Assembly: GCF_964355755.1 (NCBI RefSeq)
Contig: NC_092673.1
Span: forward strand, 25,912,269 to 25,976,268
Direction: 5' to 3'
Source: Antedon mediterranea
Lineage: Eukaryota; Animalia; Echinodermata
Length of the DNA: 64,000 nt
Shown: piece after piece, positions 35,628-49,350 of the stretch
How positions within the stretch are numbered: position 1 is the stretch's first letter
How the letters are laid out: every line of letters starts with the position of its first letter
The notes under the pieces: model-generated
Seen by the model: only the letters and a program-made list of their open reading frames with translations
Databases searched by the model: none
Told to the model about the DNA's origin: nothing
Translations under genes and position numbers: made by a program

Positions 35628-35819
35628 TTGGGGAAAAGTGTTGTTGCAGCAAAGGATATACCAGCCGGAACAATCATCTCGGAGGAGCACTTGGGTGTCA
35701 AGGTGGCCATTCCCAAAGGACATGCGCCGGAGAACCGAAGTGAACTTTTAGGAAAGAGATCCAAAAGAACGATCGAATACGATGAGAGTATCAACCTGGA
35801 AGATTTAGTAAATGAGTAG
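35628..35819 (+). CDS. NANS: NANS terminal exon (SAF / antifreeze-like domain): LGKSVVAAKDIPAGTIISEEHLGVKVAIPKGHAPENRSELLGKRSKRTIEYDESINLEDLVNE*
   Basis: This is ORF 35628..35819 from the track. Acceptor ttttattag| and TAG stop at 35817-35819. It matches human LGKSVVAKVKIPEGTILTMDMLTVKVGEPKGYPPEDIFNLVGKKVLVTVEEDDTIMEELV. AATAAA motifs lie at 35823-35832 and near 35895. Confidence 0.9.
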   Translation: MGKSVVAAKDIPAGTIISEEHLGVKVAIPKGHAPENRSELLGKRSKRTIEYDESINLEDLVNE

Positions 35820-37184
35820 AATAATAAATAAATATGTTGTCCTACAATTATATTCTGGACCCACCTTGAGCCAAAATCAGTTTCTGAATTATTAATAAAC
35901 TCATAATTTTTTTTTTTTTTTTTTTTAATTTTTAATTGTTTTAGTAAAAGAAGGGTATACTTACAACAATGTATAAACTGAACAGATGATCTTGTTATGG
36001 TATAGAAGGTGTACAATACTTAGGATTTATATATATACTTTTGAATTTATCTCATCAAAGAGTAGTTATCTAAAAGAAAAAAAACATCAGGTTATGGATA
36101 ATTTTTATTGAAATTTTCCTCTTTCCAATGAAGCAACTATATCATAGAATTTATGAAATATAATCATAGTTTATTATCATAAAATTATTATATTTTACAC
36201 TGGTTTTACAGTGATGAATTATGTGAGCAGCTTATTGTTGCTGATACAATAATACAAGTAAAGGCTCACAGAGTTTTTTATGTAACTTTTTATTTTGAAA
36301 CTTTGTAGAGACGATTATAATTATTTCCAGAGCTTTTGATCATGAATTCATTTTTTTAAATTGTCATTAAGATTCTCAAAAAGTAAATAAATTATTGCAT
36401 ACAAAAGTTAGTCATTTATATATTCAATCTTTGGTCTGTGAACAACCTATTTTCTTATTCTAACTAATTTAAAATTGGATATTAATTCTAAATATTGTGT
36501 CGATTGTCATGCGAATCCTAAAACCGTACTAAGAGATTAACAATGATAAAAGTATGAAGTAATGTCACAGATACCTAGTGACTACTGATAAGAACTATAA
36601 CGGAATATGGGTAAACATAAGGAAAAAATCAGCCATAAAAAGAAAGAAATGGCAAGCTTTAGTCAAACACTATATAATATATACCTCTGCATTTTACTAC
36701 GGCTACATACATATGAAATATCAACCAGATCTTGAGAAACATAATTGGAAGCTTGGTAGCAGAAAGATCGTCAAGAAAACTATTTAAAAAATTGTATTAA
36801 AATGTAATACAGTATAACAAGGAAATTCTAAATCGTTTTAGAAAAATAAAACACTTAAATGTTTCGAGGGCGCAATATGTGGTTTTTCGAAAAGCAAATT
36901 TAAAAAAGAAATGAAAACATAATATTTGTTTCTTTAGGATATTTATTTATTTTATAAGAGAATTCTACTGTATATTTGAGAGAAAGTGTGTTTTATGTAT
37001 ATTGAATTTTTTAGACAGGTAGCCCTAATTTATTTATATAGCTATTTATATTTCAATGTTTAGGGGCTGAACTTGATTAGTTTTAACTATTTTTTAGCCC
37101 TTCCCTTGATAAAAGTATTATTTGTATGTTACAATGTTTATAATTTATATTTATGAGTAAAAAATAAATGAAAAAATGAAATAA

Positions 37185-37385
37185 ATGTTATATAAAACAA
37201 ATAATGATGTTTTATATTCGTGTAATGGTACAAATAATGGCATTTGCTGAATGATGAAAGGTTAAATATCAAATCGGATGTCGCCTCGTTGATATATTAA
37301 TAACCATTCATCATTCATCTCTTGCAATTATTTGTACCATTACACTCATAAACATTTATTATTTGTATATTATATAACACCTATA
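37185..37385. mobile_element. Hairpin MITE, copy 1 of 2 (tgtaatggtacaaataatggcatttgctgaatgatgaaaggtt...aaccattcatcattcat..caattatttgtaccattacac)
   Basis: This is a near-perfect palindrome of about 180 bp. A second copy lies 320 bp downstream. Confidence 0.75.
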
Positions 37386-37504
37386 TAAATTCCTGTCATT
37401 TGATTGGACGAATGTGGGTCACATGGCGTGCAATAGTACGCACTATTCAACGATCGTTAAATAGTACTTTTTGAAACATTTTTGTGTACGAAAAAAAAAC
37501 GTCT

Positions 37505-37695
37505 AGATGTTATATAAAACAAATAATGAATGTTTTGTATTCGTGTAATGGTACAAATAATGGCACTTGGTGAATGATGAAAGGTTATATCAACTCGGCT
37601 TTGCCTCGTTGATATAACCTTTCATCATTCACCTCGTGCCATTATTTGTACCATTGCACTCATAAACATTCATTATTTGTATACTATGACATAAA
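37505..37695. mobile_element. Hairpin MITE, copy 2 of 2
   Basis: ttcgtgtaatggtacaaataatggcacttggtgaatgatgaaaggttatatcaactcggctttgcctcgttgatataacctttcatcattcacctcgtgccattatttgtaccattgcac. Confidence 0.75.
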
Positions 37696-40600
37696 GTAGT
37701 TTTAGTTTGCCGCCCTCTTTAGTTAGAAAACTTTTTTTTACACGTTCGTGTTGCTTTCCTGGTCGGTACAGTTAGTAACGGTACTGCCCATATGGATGTG
37801 CGGTACAGACAGATTGTTAGGTACCTGCACATGTTATACTCAACTAACAAAAGTATAAAATATTTATGATTTAAATTTATTTTTGCGTCCAGATAATAAA
37901 ACATGAAATAATTATGTTGATCCATTTAGCCTAGCATTGATTAAGAAGAATTTGAATTGTGATAGTGTTAAAAAGATCTTTATAGAAATATACATTTTTT
38001 TTATAATTTGGAATTTACAAAGCGATGTACATTAAAACAATTTATGAAAAACGAAAGAAAACTAAGCTTTTGAAAGATCGTTGTACTTTTTTGTTTGTTT
38101 CTTCCAGGAATCTGCCGAAATTTGTATTTCACTTGTCAATATTTGTTTTCTAAATACTTGGCTATTATAACGAAACAAAATACTCGCCACGAGCATTGCT
38201 ATGCGTATTCACTATAATTTCAATTTTCCAGATGAAGGCTAAATCATACATCATAATTTCACTTTAAGTCATTTAAGACAACACTAAGTATTCTGCGATT
38301 ACGGTTACTTCTCTCGAAGGAACAAAACGTCAAAGTTCTTTACAGCAATCTGTCAAGCGTGTTGGAGAAACTAATTCAACTACGAATGCTGTATTTTGTA
38401 ACAGTTTTATAAAGAGGTCATTCAACCATTACATACGTAATGAAGGTAGGCTGTGACAATTAAATTTGGAAACAATTGGTACCGATAGCAAGACAAATTG
38501 TACACTTTTTGGTATCGATTTAAAACAAATCAAGCTGGAACTCGATCCTTCCATCACACTTTGATGATTTATTTAGTTTAAATCTTAATTTTCACAATCA
38601 CAAAACTTTAAATTGGAACGACACCTCTTATCCAGTTATGTTTAATTATCCTTTCACTTATTTGTAGTTTTAATATTTAGCATTTTTCGGTACCCTGAAA
38701 CTAAAAGTCTTCATTACTGTTTTTGTCCTGTTTCCGGTTCTTGTGTTGTCTGTTTTCTTTTTCAGTTTTTATAGGCTGCCTCATACAAGCTTCGCTTTTT
38801 TGGAATGTTGCCCCTCTTATTTTAATCATATTTACTGTTAATTTTTATTTACTATGAAATTATAAGAGAAATAAATGTTAATTTGATTGATTGATGCCTA
38901 GAAAATGTCAGGCGCTTAGTTCTCACTACGACGTAACGCAAATAAGACGCGATGGATCCATACACGCGCAAACCGACAAAAAAATAATCGTCCTGAGGGC
39001 GAAATTTAAGCTGTACTCTGTACATAATGCAAGTTTAGAAGCAACATGAAACTATTCTACTCTACCTACCGTACATACGCATTGGCCTAGCTATTTAGGC
39101 TACAGTACACACAGAGAATACATTATTGTTCATGCTAAAATAATCGCAGTCAATACTTAACCAGGGGCCTAACTTTTTAGTAAACAAGGTAAGCTAAGCC
39201 ACATTTCCGTTTTCTGAGCTAAGCCGGGTTAGGGAGGCAGTTGGACAGAACAAACACCTGTGCTTTCATTTCAACACATGGATTCAGTATTGGAATAATG
39301 ACTGTCAAATTTCGATTGACGTTTGGTTTGGCTCTTTCCTGTAATGTTCTGCGCTTAAAACATTAACTTGAGATCAGTTCGTAACCCGGATTCTCCCTAG
39401 GTAGTGCACGAGTTTGCTATTGTTTCTTTCTTGTCAAAATGATCAGTTCCAAGAATTTTCAATTCCATTTCAAATTATTTTTTGTTGTTGGTAGAACCTG
39501 TACATTGATGTGCGCGCCTGTATCATGCCTGTATCATCCGCAAGTTAAGCTTGCGCAACGCAAATAATTTGGCCAATCACGATCGACTCGTATCTTTCCA
39601 ATTCGCGCTATATAGGTCTATTATGTTATAATATTAACAACATAACGTATAACGGAGGAATGATAAGGTCTGACCTTACCTCAATAATTAGGTCACCAAT
39701 CCAATGGGAGGGAGTCGCATAGTATGGGAAGTTGGCAGATTAAGAAGTGCTAACTGTGAGGCTAGCGATAAGACGCTCGGCTCTCCCCGGACGTTCTCCC
39801 CGGACAGGCATAAGGTGGCCCTATATAATGCAATGTACATACGTTACGTGCATTTCTAAACCAATCAAATTTAGGAATATAGGTTTCGGGAACTACTACA
39901 AACATGACATAACGCAAATATTCTATGCGTTTACAACAAAAGTTTGTATTAAAATAAAATAGTATACAGCTCAAACCAGGCTAAATGAATCGGCATTATA
40001 TAACTATTGATATTTATTATTGTCCGCATTATATATTATATTAAATTACATGCCTAATTCAATACATGCATTTTTCATGAAGAATAATGCATGTAACTTC
40101 AGTAAATATTCAACCCAAATGTGTCTAGGCCTAAAAGGTAAGCTCATGGTGGCATGATGATGACCACAAAGAGTACAGGCATTTATAAAAAATAACCACG
40201 TGTGTGTATTAACGATTATTGTTACCGAAACAAACTACACATTATTCAATAGTTTCACTTCTTTTCGTAGAGCTTTGAAGAAACGCACTGAAAATAATCA
40301 TAATTAATCACTTCATTCTACAAGAGGCTAATCTCTCCAAACTGCACAATGATGATTAATTTAGGAACATATCTTTTGTTTTAGTCCGCCGAGTTTAAAG
40401 TGGTTCCGAGTAGATAAATGTTTGTTTTGCTCCAATCAAAATATTAATTGACTATAAATAAATCGATCAATTATCCGTATTATCTTTCTAAAAGAAAATT
40501 CGTTTCGTTTTATATAATTTTAAAGAATTGTATAATAAACGTATTTTAAAATGTTAAGGCCCTATCATTATACAGTACAGAGAGTGCAAAGTGATGCAGG

Positions 40601-43019
40601 GCCGGGGTTATCATTGAATGCGATGATCTGAATTACCTAGGCCTAAAAGTTCAACACATTACAAAATCCGGTGGTACTACCTCCATGGTTATAGCCTATA
40701 GCCATCTCTCTCCTGGAACACCCCTGTTAATGCACACCAAGTGAAAAAAGAAGTGGAAATATACTGCGTAATCGTTTTTCTTTAATTTAACATACAATAA
40801 TAAATATACAAATTTATATAGCGCACTATATGTTGTAGCCAACTTTCACCATCATCAGTAAAAAAATAATACTTTGACCTGGAGAACCAGAGTACAAACT
40901 TTTCTGAAGATAATCGTTGCAATAAATTTAAAATCTATAATACATTAAACGTTACAAGTTGATGAATGAATACTTTTAAATGTAATGCTTTTCTTAGACT
41001 TACACTTAGTATACAACATTCATTGAACGCAATAACTTGTCCTGCTGTCGAAATCAAATCGCAAGGCTATTCACCAATGGCAATATATTCACGACGAATC
41101 ATCCATAACAGCATTAAATGCATCTGCTCCTGTCTGAAAGCACTTTTGTAAAACTGACCATTTGAATTCTGTCAGTTTTTGCTATGATCGATTGATGACT
41201 TCTATCAAAAACACAAGTTGTTTTTTAAATATTTATTGTAATCCGCAAGTCCGTCTTTTACAGCTTTACATGTGGAAAATCATTCTTAGCGTCAGTGCAT
41301 ATATATCAAGTTTAGGTTTGAACGTACATTAAAGTTTTATTTCTGAACAGTTTCAACCATCGACATTGTAATAATGATTTTACATTCAATTTAGTTTGTA
41401 AGTGGTGTTGATTGTTTCAGATCATATCCGTGACATTCAAACTTGCACAGTGACATTACACAGGAATGGATGGTTTATTGGGTGTCCACTGAATAGGGGT
41501 GTCCGAAAGGATGGTTCCACTGTATAATGTAATGGATGGTGTCGATTAAATGAAGATTAAACCACCCGCCCCTCTCTACTGCTTCTAACTAGGTCTTTTC
41601 CAGGCTTTGCATATTAATACTTTAAAATTAATTGGTAACAACTTATCAAGTGTTTTGCATTATGAAATAAACGAATAAATGAATGAATGAAACTTGTAAA
41701 TACAAAACATTATAGCCCCATTTTCACGAAAAGACACCCTCCCTATATACTTATGTAGGCCTATCCAGCGTACGCAGACAATAACAATATTGATATTACG
41801 ACGACTACATTCCTAATAGTTATATTGTTTACAATACAGTGGCTTTCTTTTTCTAAAAGGTGAAACTTTGAAAACATTGTTTATTATTACCTACCTACAT
41901 TACAGTGGATGATGATTACTGCGAGTTGAAAAAAACAAGTTCTATTTCTTCTTATGTCATTTATCATTGATATCAATATTAATTCGCAGACATACGACGG
42001 AGATAACAAGTGATTATGTGCACCCTCCATACAGACAGAAATCCTTAAATTGTTTGCGACTGTATAATCGCACATAAATCACAAAATATTTGATGGTAAA
42101 ACGCACGAGGGACCCCCGAGAAGTATATTATCTCATGTGTGGGTTTTTAATGACGCCAAAACGAGTCACTAAAACATAATAAAAAAAGGGCATCGCAACA
42201 TTGAGTGTCATACCTAATCCTATGATATTAATCCGCAGTAAATAAACAGTGTCAATGTGGGTTTGAATGACACCTATTAACAGTCAATCATTGAATGGAA
42301 TCAAGAGTGCTTCACCATGTGATATCACACCTGCGGTGTATACGACTCAACTACTGTGACCAAAGAGTCAGACTAGGATTTATACAAAGAAGCTTTGAGA
42401 TATCCCTTTCCTTTTTTCGTGAAACGAAGAAGGGCATGAATTTCGGTTTATAACGCGGTCAACCTATTCAGGGGACATCCATATGAAGGGGACATATTTT
42501 ATTGAAACAAACAAAGCGCAATCAAGAAAGAGTGAAATTGTAATTTATACAATATAATGTTTAAACATGATTGTAATACGGCCAACCTATTAGGTGACAT
42601 CCAAATTAAGGTGACACTTTGTTGGTTCCACATTGATTAACATTAATTGAATATATACATTATTACAACCCGCATTAATGTACCCAACAACGTGTTATCC
42701 AGGTGTCTCGACCTTAACAGGGTTTCCCAAAGGAGTGGTTCTAGTACGGTAGTACTGTCAATTCTAGTTGTCAGCTCATCTTTAATGGATACGAGTGATC
42801 ATTCTTTTATTTCTTAATACGAGAGTGGGTAAAAGGTCGATATGTTTTTATCGAGTTCAGATACACCTACACAGAATTCGATCAAGAGTTTTATTATGTG
42901 ATTGATGCCAACAATACATTGTTCAGTGAAAGCCTGACTTTTGGATCAATGACATAAATAAGAAGAAAGGTCACTGTCAAATTTGATAAACAGATATTTT
43001 GTTGTCAATTCTTTGAGAT

Positions 43020-43150
43020 AGGAAAATGAATATGTTAAGAAAATGAATTTGTTAAGAAAATGAATGTGTCAAGAAAATGAATGTGTTAAGAAAGAATATA
43101 TTACGAATTGAATACGCTAAGATATGAATACGCTAAGATATGAATACGGC
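43020..43150. repeat. About 22-bp imperfect tandem repeats (aaaatgaatgtgttaagaa / gaatacgctaagatat)
   Basis: Direct reading. Confidence 0.7.
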
Positions 43151-44282
43151 CAATGAATATGTTATGTTGAGACAAGTTTAACTTCTAATTTTGATCCCTA
43201 ATTGTTGATTATGAAATGTCATTATGAAATGATATATTTTAATAATAAAAGAAAAAAATATATAGGCCTAATAAGATCAGAAATAAACATGGATAATGGG
43301 ATACAGAGACAATGTAAACGGTGGCAATCAGACCTACTCATTTGGGACTGTAATATACAGTAGAAGTTGCCCCTTTAAAACACCCTTTAAAATCAGCACT
43401 GCTGACTCTTATGACAGCCCCTGCATCTAGTATCTGCCTCAGACGTATTGGCTAATGTCTTTCCTCTGGTAAAGGTGGGCATTGAACGAGAGAAGCCCTT
43501 GGTCAATATTTTGACCAGCCAAAAGGTGCTTTAAATAGTCATTCAGATGAATGTAAGACTAATTGACATTGTCGTTTACGACAGAAGTCGGCCATAAGAA
43601 TTCTGGGATTTCAAAGGTGTTTAATTAGGGTTTCACTGGATCTAACATCGCTAAAAGTGATTATTATCCTAAATAAGCTCAGTCGAAGTCTGGAATGTTT
43701 GGGTCTATCGATATACGACTAATAAAAACATAATTTCACTTCACCCAGCAACAAAACAAATAAATAAATAGCACAGAGTCATGTTGTTGGAAAGTTGGGT
43801 CAGGTCGTTTTAACCATCACCGCCAATGACCTTCCCAATTACCCATTTCAAATCGCATTAATTATGCCTCGGGTAAATTAATTTTCTTCAAATTAATGCC
43901 GTTTGTCAATGTCCTTAAATGAACTCTCAATTTCTTTTTATTTGGTCATCCTATAAGCCCACAGTATAGTTACTTGATTTCCCTACATGGTCATCATCTC
44001 CACATCTAAAGGCATACTGTGAAAGTAGGGCGATATCGGAACCCTTAAAACCCGTTATAATACGGGTTTGGAAATATGCCGATTGTAGTTTATGAATTCT
44101 ATGAAAATTGTTACGGTGTCCTAAATAGCATAATATTTTTTTATTTAATAGTTATTGATTGTGTCGATTGCACATCTTAATGGTTATATTAACTGTAATG
44201 ATGCTATAGTGACGTCGGAATAAATTATGTACAGATAATTATGATAACAATTAAATAATGATGAAACAAGCTATAGACAACT

Positions 44283-45076
44283 AGGATGTGATTTTTATCA
44301 CTGGTGCTGCAATAACAACCTGAAACTAAACATAAAGAAAACAAAAGAAATGCAAATTGATTTTAGGAAAATTAAAGAACCCTTAGAACCTCTGATTATA
44401 AATGAAAATGAGATTGAAGTAGTAAATGAGTACAAATATCTGGGTTGTATAATTGACAATAAGCTAAATTGGATAAATAATGTAAATAAAGCCGCATGCA
44501 AAGCCAACCAAAGGATGTTTATTTTAAGAAAAATGAAGTACCTACAAATTGACAAAACTATACTTAAATTGTTTTATAACTCTGTAATTCTCAGTGTAAT
44601 ACTTTTTTGTAATGTTTGTTTTTATGGTAATACAATGCAAAAAGATAAAATTAAACTTAATCGAATAGGAAATAGAGCAATTAGACTAGTAGGAGAGCAC
44701 TTACCTGATGTTGAATCCTTGTATAAAGAAAATGTGTTAAAAAAAGTAAAAAGTATCATTGATGATGAAACACATCCTCTTCACAAACAATTTGCTCTCA
44801 TGAATTCTGGCATAAGACTACGTGCACTTAATACCAAAACAAAACGGTTTAGGTGCTCGCTTGTACCTAATGCTATACACTTATATAACTCCACAGTACA
44901 AAGGTAAAATGTAACCGATAATTTTTATCTAATTTTAACAATTTTTAGCCTCTTAACTTTTTGTGTGTGTTTTTGTAAATTGTATTTTATATTTTTGTAT
45001 TTTGCCAGTTTTCAAATCACATTTCTGTTTTTTAAATGGACAATAAAGTATATATGACTATGACTATGACTATGAC
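44283..45076 (+). mobile_element. 5'-truncated non-LTR (LINE; CR1/L2-like) retrotransposon 3' fragment: reverse-transcriptase C-terminal/thumb region (ORF 44350..44907) plus 3' UTR ending in a (GACTAT)n microsatellite
   Basis: The translation contains ...NNLKLNIKKTKEMQIDFRK...YKYLGCIIDNKLNW... followed by LFYNSVILSVILFCNVCFYGN. These are the usual LINE RT downstream motifs (LSxNxxKTK...F, KYLGV..D..L.W, LY...L.Y....W). The frame is closed upstream, so the element is 5' truncated. A tatgactatgactatgactatgac tail at about 45050-45076 is typical of a CR1-like 3' end. Confidence 0.7.
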
Positions 45077-46338
45077 TAATTAATAATATTAGTAACAAAT
45101 AGCATTCGGAATGGATTAATGTTTTTAAAGTTGATCAAAATTCAATTTATAATATACAGATATTATGATAAGGAAAAAACACACGGTTTCGGAGGATTTG
45201 CCCTTTGGATCCGCCACTGACACAGTGACAGGCCTCAGAGCTTATGGGGGTCCCTGAGCAGTGCCCAGAGAAAAAAAAGACATGGGCTAAAAACGCCCGA
45301 GGCCCCCAGCGTTGGAGGGCTAGGCCTACTTTAAGGTTCTTAACTAGTAGACTCAGGCATCTGCGTTCCGCTACTGCACTGACGATTCCACACTTGATCG
45401 ATGGGTCTTGAAAACAAATTTAATTCTTTTAAATTATTGTATTTGGTTTCTATAGTACATGCTGTGTATTTTTAAAATACTTCTTTAAAGATAGCAATCT
45501 GTGGCACTTGGCCTAATTGATTGGAAATCGTATACAAAGCAAAAACAATCAGATAGCGTGATTAAAAGATTGGTCTACAATCAACTGAGAATCTCTAGGA
45601 TGAATATTGCCCCGTACCCCACGCTTACTATACGGCAGTATAACCACATCATCAAGACGGATGGCCGCCCCCTCATTTTGTTCACTTACCACAACAAAGA
45701 CCTTTGCAATTCAAGGTTGGTTTAGGAATAACGTAATAAATGATGTATAGAAACCAATTATTGGCTAAAAATAGTTTTTTTTATTCGTTGTTTAATGTTT
45801 CTACCTTGGCCAAAGGGTCATAAAAAGCATTCATTGTTGAAAATTAACTGTGAGAAAAGTTGATTCAATCCGCTTAAACGTGTGTGACCTATAAGGGTGC
45901 CCTCGCTATAACCACGTCTGATCATTTAATTTTGGTGGGAGGCAATGAATGGAATACAGATCCAATTGAAGAGTCAACAATAAAAAATTTTCAGTTGTTT
46001 TTATTACTTGCTCATATAAAAATAACAATTGTACAAATATATACATAAAAAGTCGCAGACTTAAAAAACAACAAATTCAGAACAGAAAAAAGAAACAAGC
46101 AAATTCAGTCCAAAGACAACAACAAAAATGAGTAGGAGCACAGGATAACCCTCTAACCCGGAGGTTTGTATCCTCAGTAAATAATTAGGCATCAGTTACG
46201 AATGAAGATACTTTAAAACTGTACTGTAAAATTGCAGACCGACTAATTAAACTAAATTTGATATAGGCCTACGTATCTGTGATTGGTAAAAACGTCACTC
46301 CTGGTGGGAATTGTAAAGCTCTGTCTACACTATCAAAC

Positions 46339-46453
46339 TTTAATATGTGATGTGCCTGTGGATGATGATGTCATATTACTACCCTATTTGGGCATATTAT
46401 TACCATATTTGGGCATATCACACATTATTTCTCAATCTAGTTTGACAGAGCTT
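46339..46453. mobile_element. Family-X MITE copy (right TIR degenerate)
   Basis: agctctgtctacactatcaaactttaatatgtgatgtgcc...tttgacagagctt. Confidence 0.7.
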
Positions 46454-46646
46454 AATAAAATAATGAAAGTAAATATGTTGACTTAATGAATGTGAATGAT
46501 ACTTTAAAAACATTCTACTGTTGATGCTTATGATGAATTAATGATATACGTGTGATTAAGTTATTGAATTATTAAATTATTGAATGTTTGAATTCCATGT
46601 GGGGGTGATGGAATTTAGCGTACGTGTAAGTAAAGATCATCTAAAT

Positions 46647-46794
46647 CTCTGTCTACACTATCTAACTTTATGTGAAAAATTATGTGCCCATATATGGACA
46701 TGATGATGTTATATCACTGCTATACTTTGTCATTAATACCATATTTGGGCACATCACGCTTTTTCGTCAAACTGGTTTGATAGTGTAGACATAG
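46647..46794. mobile_element. Family-X MITE copy
   Basis: ctctgtctacactatctaactttatgtg...tttgatagtgtagacatagc. Confidence 0.8.
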
Positions 46795-46899
46795 CTTAAG
46801 TAGAAATTGAGGATGATAAGTAAATGAATATAAATGCATAAGAAACATTTCCAACTTCACATTGTATTAACTATTATAAATTGACTAGCTATAATTACG

Positions 46900-46990
46900 C
46901 CCTGTCTACACTATTAAACGTTAAATGTGATGTGCCCATATATGGACAAGATGATGTCATATTACCATATTTAAGAATATATACCAAACT
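46900..46990. mobile_element. Family-X MITE, truncated copy (left half only)
   Basis: ccctgtctacactattaaacgttaaatgtgatgtgcccatatatggacaagatgatgtcatattaccatattt, with no right TIR. Confidence 0.55.
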
Positions 46991-48639
46991 GAATTTGGTA
47001 CCATATTTTAAACATTGGCTTTAAAACAAAGGTGTTTTGAATATAACACAAAACTTTTATAATTAAGTATTGTGCGGTTTTCTTGCAACTGTATCATTAA
47101 AATACTTGGAAGTCAGTTATAATTTCCTTCTTGATATAATCCTATTATGTTGTGTATACATTTACATGAACAAACATGTTTTGAAATTAAAATCATATTG
47201 AATACGTTTTAATGAACACCCACATACAATACAGTTCAATCGAATATTCAGTAAAGAATGCATTAAGATTAAAATCTCCTAATGAAAAATTAATAATTTT
47301 GTCAAACTTATTTAAGCCTACACGTTTTAGTGAGTTTATAAATTAGGCTTCAGACTGAATTAAACAGTACGGTACAACGGAATTTAAATCATAGGCTTAC
47401 TACGTTATTTTTTTTTTCAAAGCAACATTTTATTGTAATAAAATTACACCATTGGTATCAATATTCCTACAGTGTGTTAGATAGTATCCTTAAACCGTTT
47501 ATTGTTTCTCATTGCGACTTGCGTCCTATTTTTCTTCTTGGTGTTACAGGTCAAACGGTGCTAATGTATTGGGATTGTTAAGTTACATTTAACTGACTTC
47601 TTGAGATTTTTTTGGCCAAAAGTTCCCTAAATGCACTACAATAATGAAAAGTTGAATCAATAATGCTAAACTCAAATCTTAACCCTGCCATCGGGCCTAA
47701 CTTGCACCAACGTGATAGTCTAATATTAATAAGAGTAATCTTAGCTCTATATAACTCTTCCCTGCTTTTACTTATTGATCATGGATTAGAATCTATATAT
47801 TATCTTAACTCTCGGCAAGCTTGCGAATTGTTTTCACAAACGCGGACTCTTGTTAAAGTAAGTAAGTACATTTTACGTTGAAGGTTGTGCAACCTCCATT
47901 CCTTCGTGTATTGATGATGAAGATATAATAATTATTCTGCAAAAAAACTAGAACACATGAACAATTATTGACCGCACCTGACCTTAACGAAGACGAAATA
48001 AATAATTTCTGATCTTAGAATTTGTATCCATGTTCTTAGCACCAATTAATTCCATTTTCACCAGATTTATCACATTTTCAAGTACTTTAGAATGATGAAT
48101 CATAAGACAAGTTATTATGATGCATTCTAAGAATAGAGAGGCTAAACTTAGCTGCTTTTCATCAGTAATTATTACTGTTAGCTATTTCGAAGTAACCTGC
48201 AATATTCTCACAAACATTACTACGAAAACAATTTCCGTCCTATAAATTTATTCTTTCTTGTTTTTTTTTTTTTTGTGGTTTAGAAAACTATCTCTACAAT
48301 TGCTGCTATAAAGGACTTTTGTACTCTTGGTACGTACCTGATAAGTTTGTTTATAATGTTATAAAATTCGAATTAATTAAATAAAGCATATAGCAAAGTA
48401 TTTAATATCTATACCTATACTTTTAACCAATCATCTTTATAAAAAAAATATGACGTCATAAACCTTTAATAAACATTTTACAATATCATCTTGTTAGCAT
48501 TAAAATAACAATAAAATATCAAACATCTGAGATGGTACTAAATCCCAATGTTTACAATGTCAAAATAGATCTATATAAACTCATGGAAATATTTACCGTA
48601 AATTTTCTAATTGTATCCTTAGGTTATTATTCTGTTATT

Positions 48640-49350
48640 GTTTTTTTTTAGAGTGGGTTACTATTTTAGAAGGAAGGGTTACTATTATCGTAGTGGGTTA
48701 CTATTAGGCCTACTAATCTTAAATTAGGCACATGAAAATAGTACGGTAACCCACCTCCAACTGTTCCGGTCAGCAACTCATAGCAAAAAGAAAAAAAAAC
48801 AGTACGAATAAACAAATTTGGTTGAACTCAAAAACACTCAATCCTCCACACTCCCAAAAGTTTTTGTGATTCTAATAGTAACCCCATGGGTTACTATTTG
48901 TGAAAACAATCCCCATGGGTTACTATTAGAGTAGTGGGTTATTATTATACATTGACTTATAAGGTGGGTTACTATTAGAAGGAGGTTACTATTAGAGTGT
49001 GTGTTACTATTAGAAGGAGGTTACTATTAGAGTGTGTGTTACTATTAGAGTAGTGGGTTATTATTATACATTGACTTATAAGGTGGGTTACTATTAGAAG
49101 GAGGTTACTATTAGAGTGTGTGTTACTATTAGAAGGAGGTTACTATTAGAGTGTGTGTTACTATTAGAGTAGTGGGTTATTATTATACATTGACTTATAA
49201 GGTGGGTTACTATTAGAAGGAGGTTACTATTAGAGTGTGTGTTACTATTAGAGTAGTGGGTTATTATTATACATTGACTTATAAGGTGGGTTACTATTAG
49301 AAGGAGGTTACTATTAGAGTGTGTGTTACTATTAGAAGATTTACGGTATA
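48640..49350. repeat. About 90-bp tandem repeat, about 5 copies, built from gggttactattag / ggttactattagagtgtgtgttactattag submotifs
   Basis: ORF 49094..49381(-) from the track is its periodic translation. Confidence 0.85.

Noticed and set aside
35624-36016. 130-aa minus-strand ORF overlapping the NANS last exon
   Set aside because: It is antisense to a strongly conserved coding exon, runs into a poly-A/poly-T tract, and has no homology.
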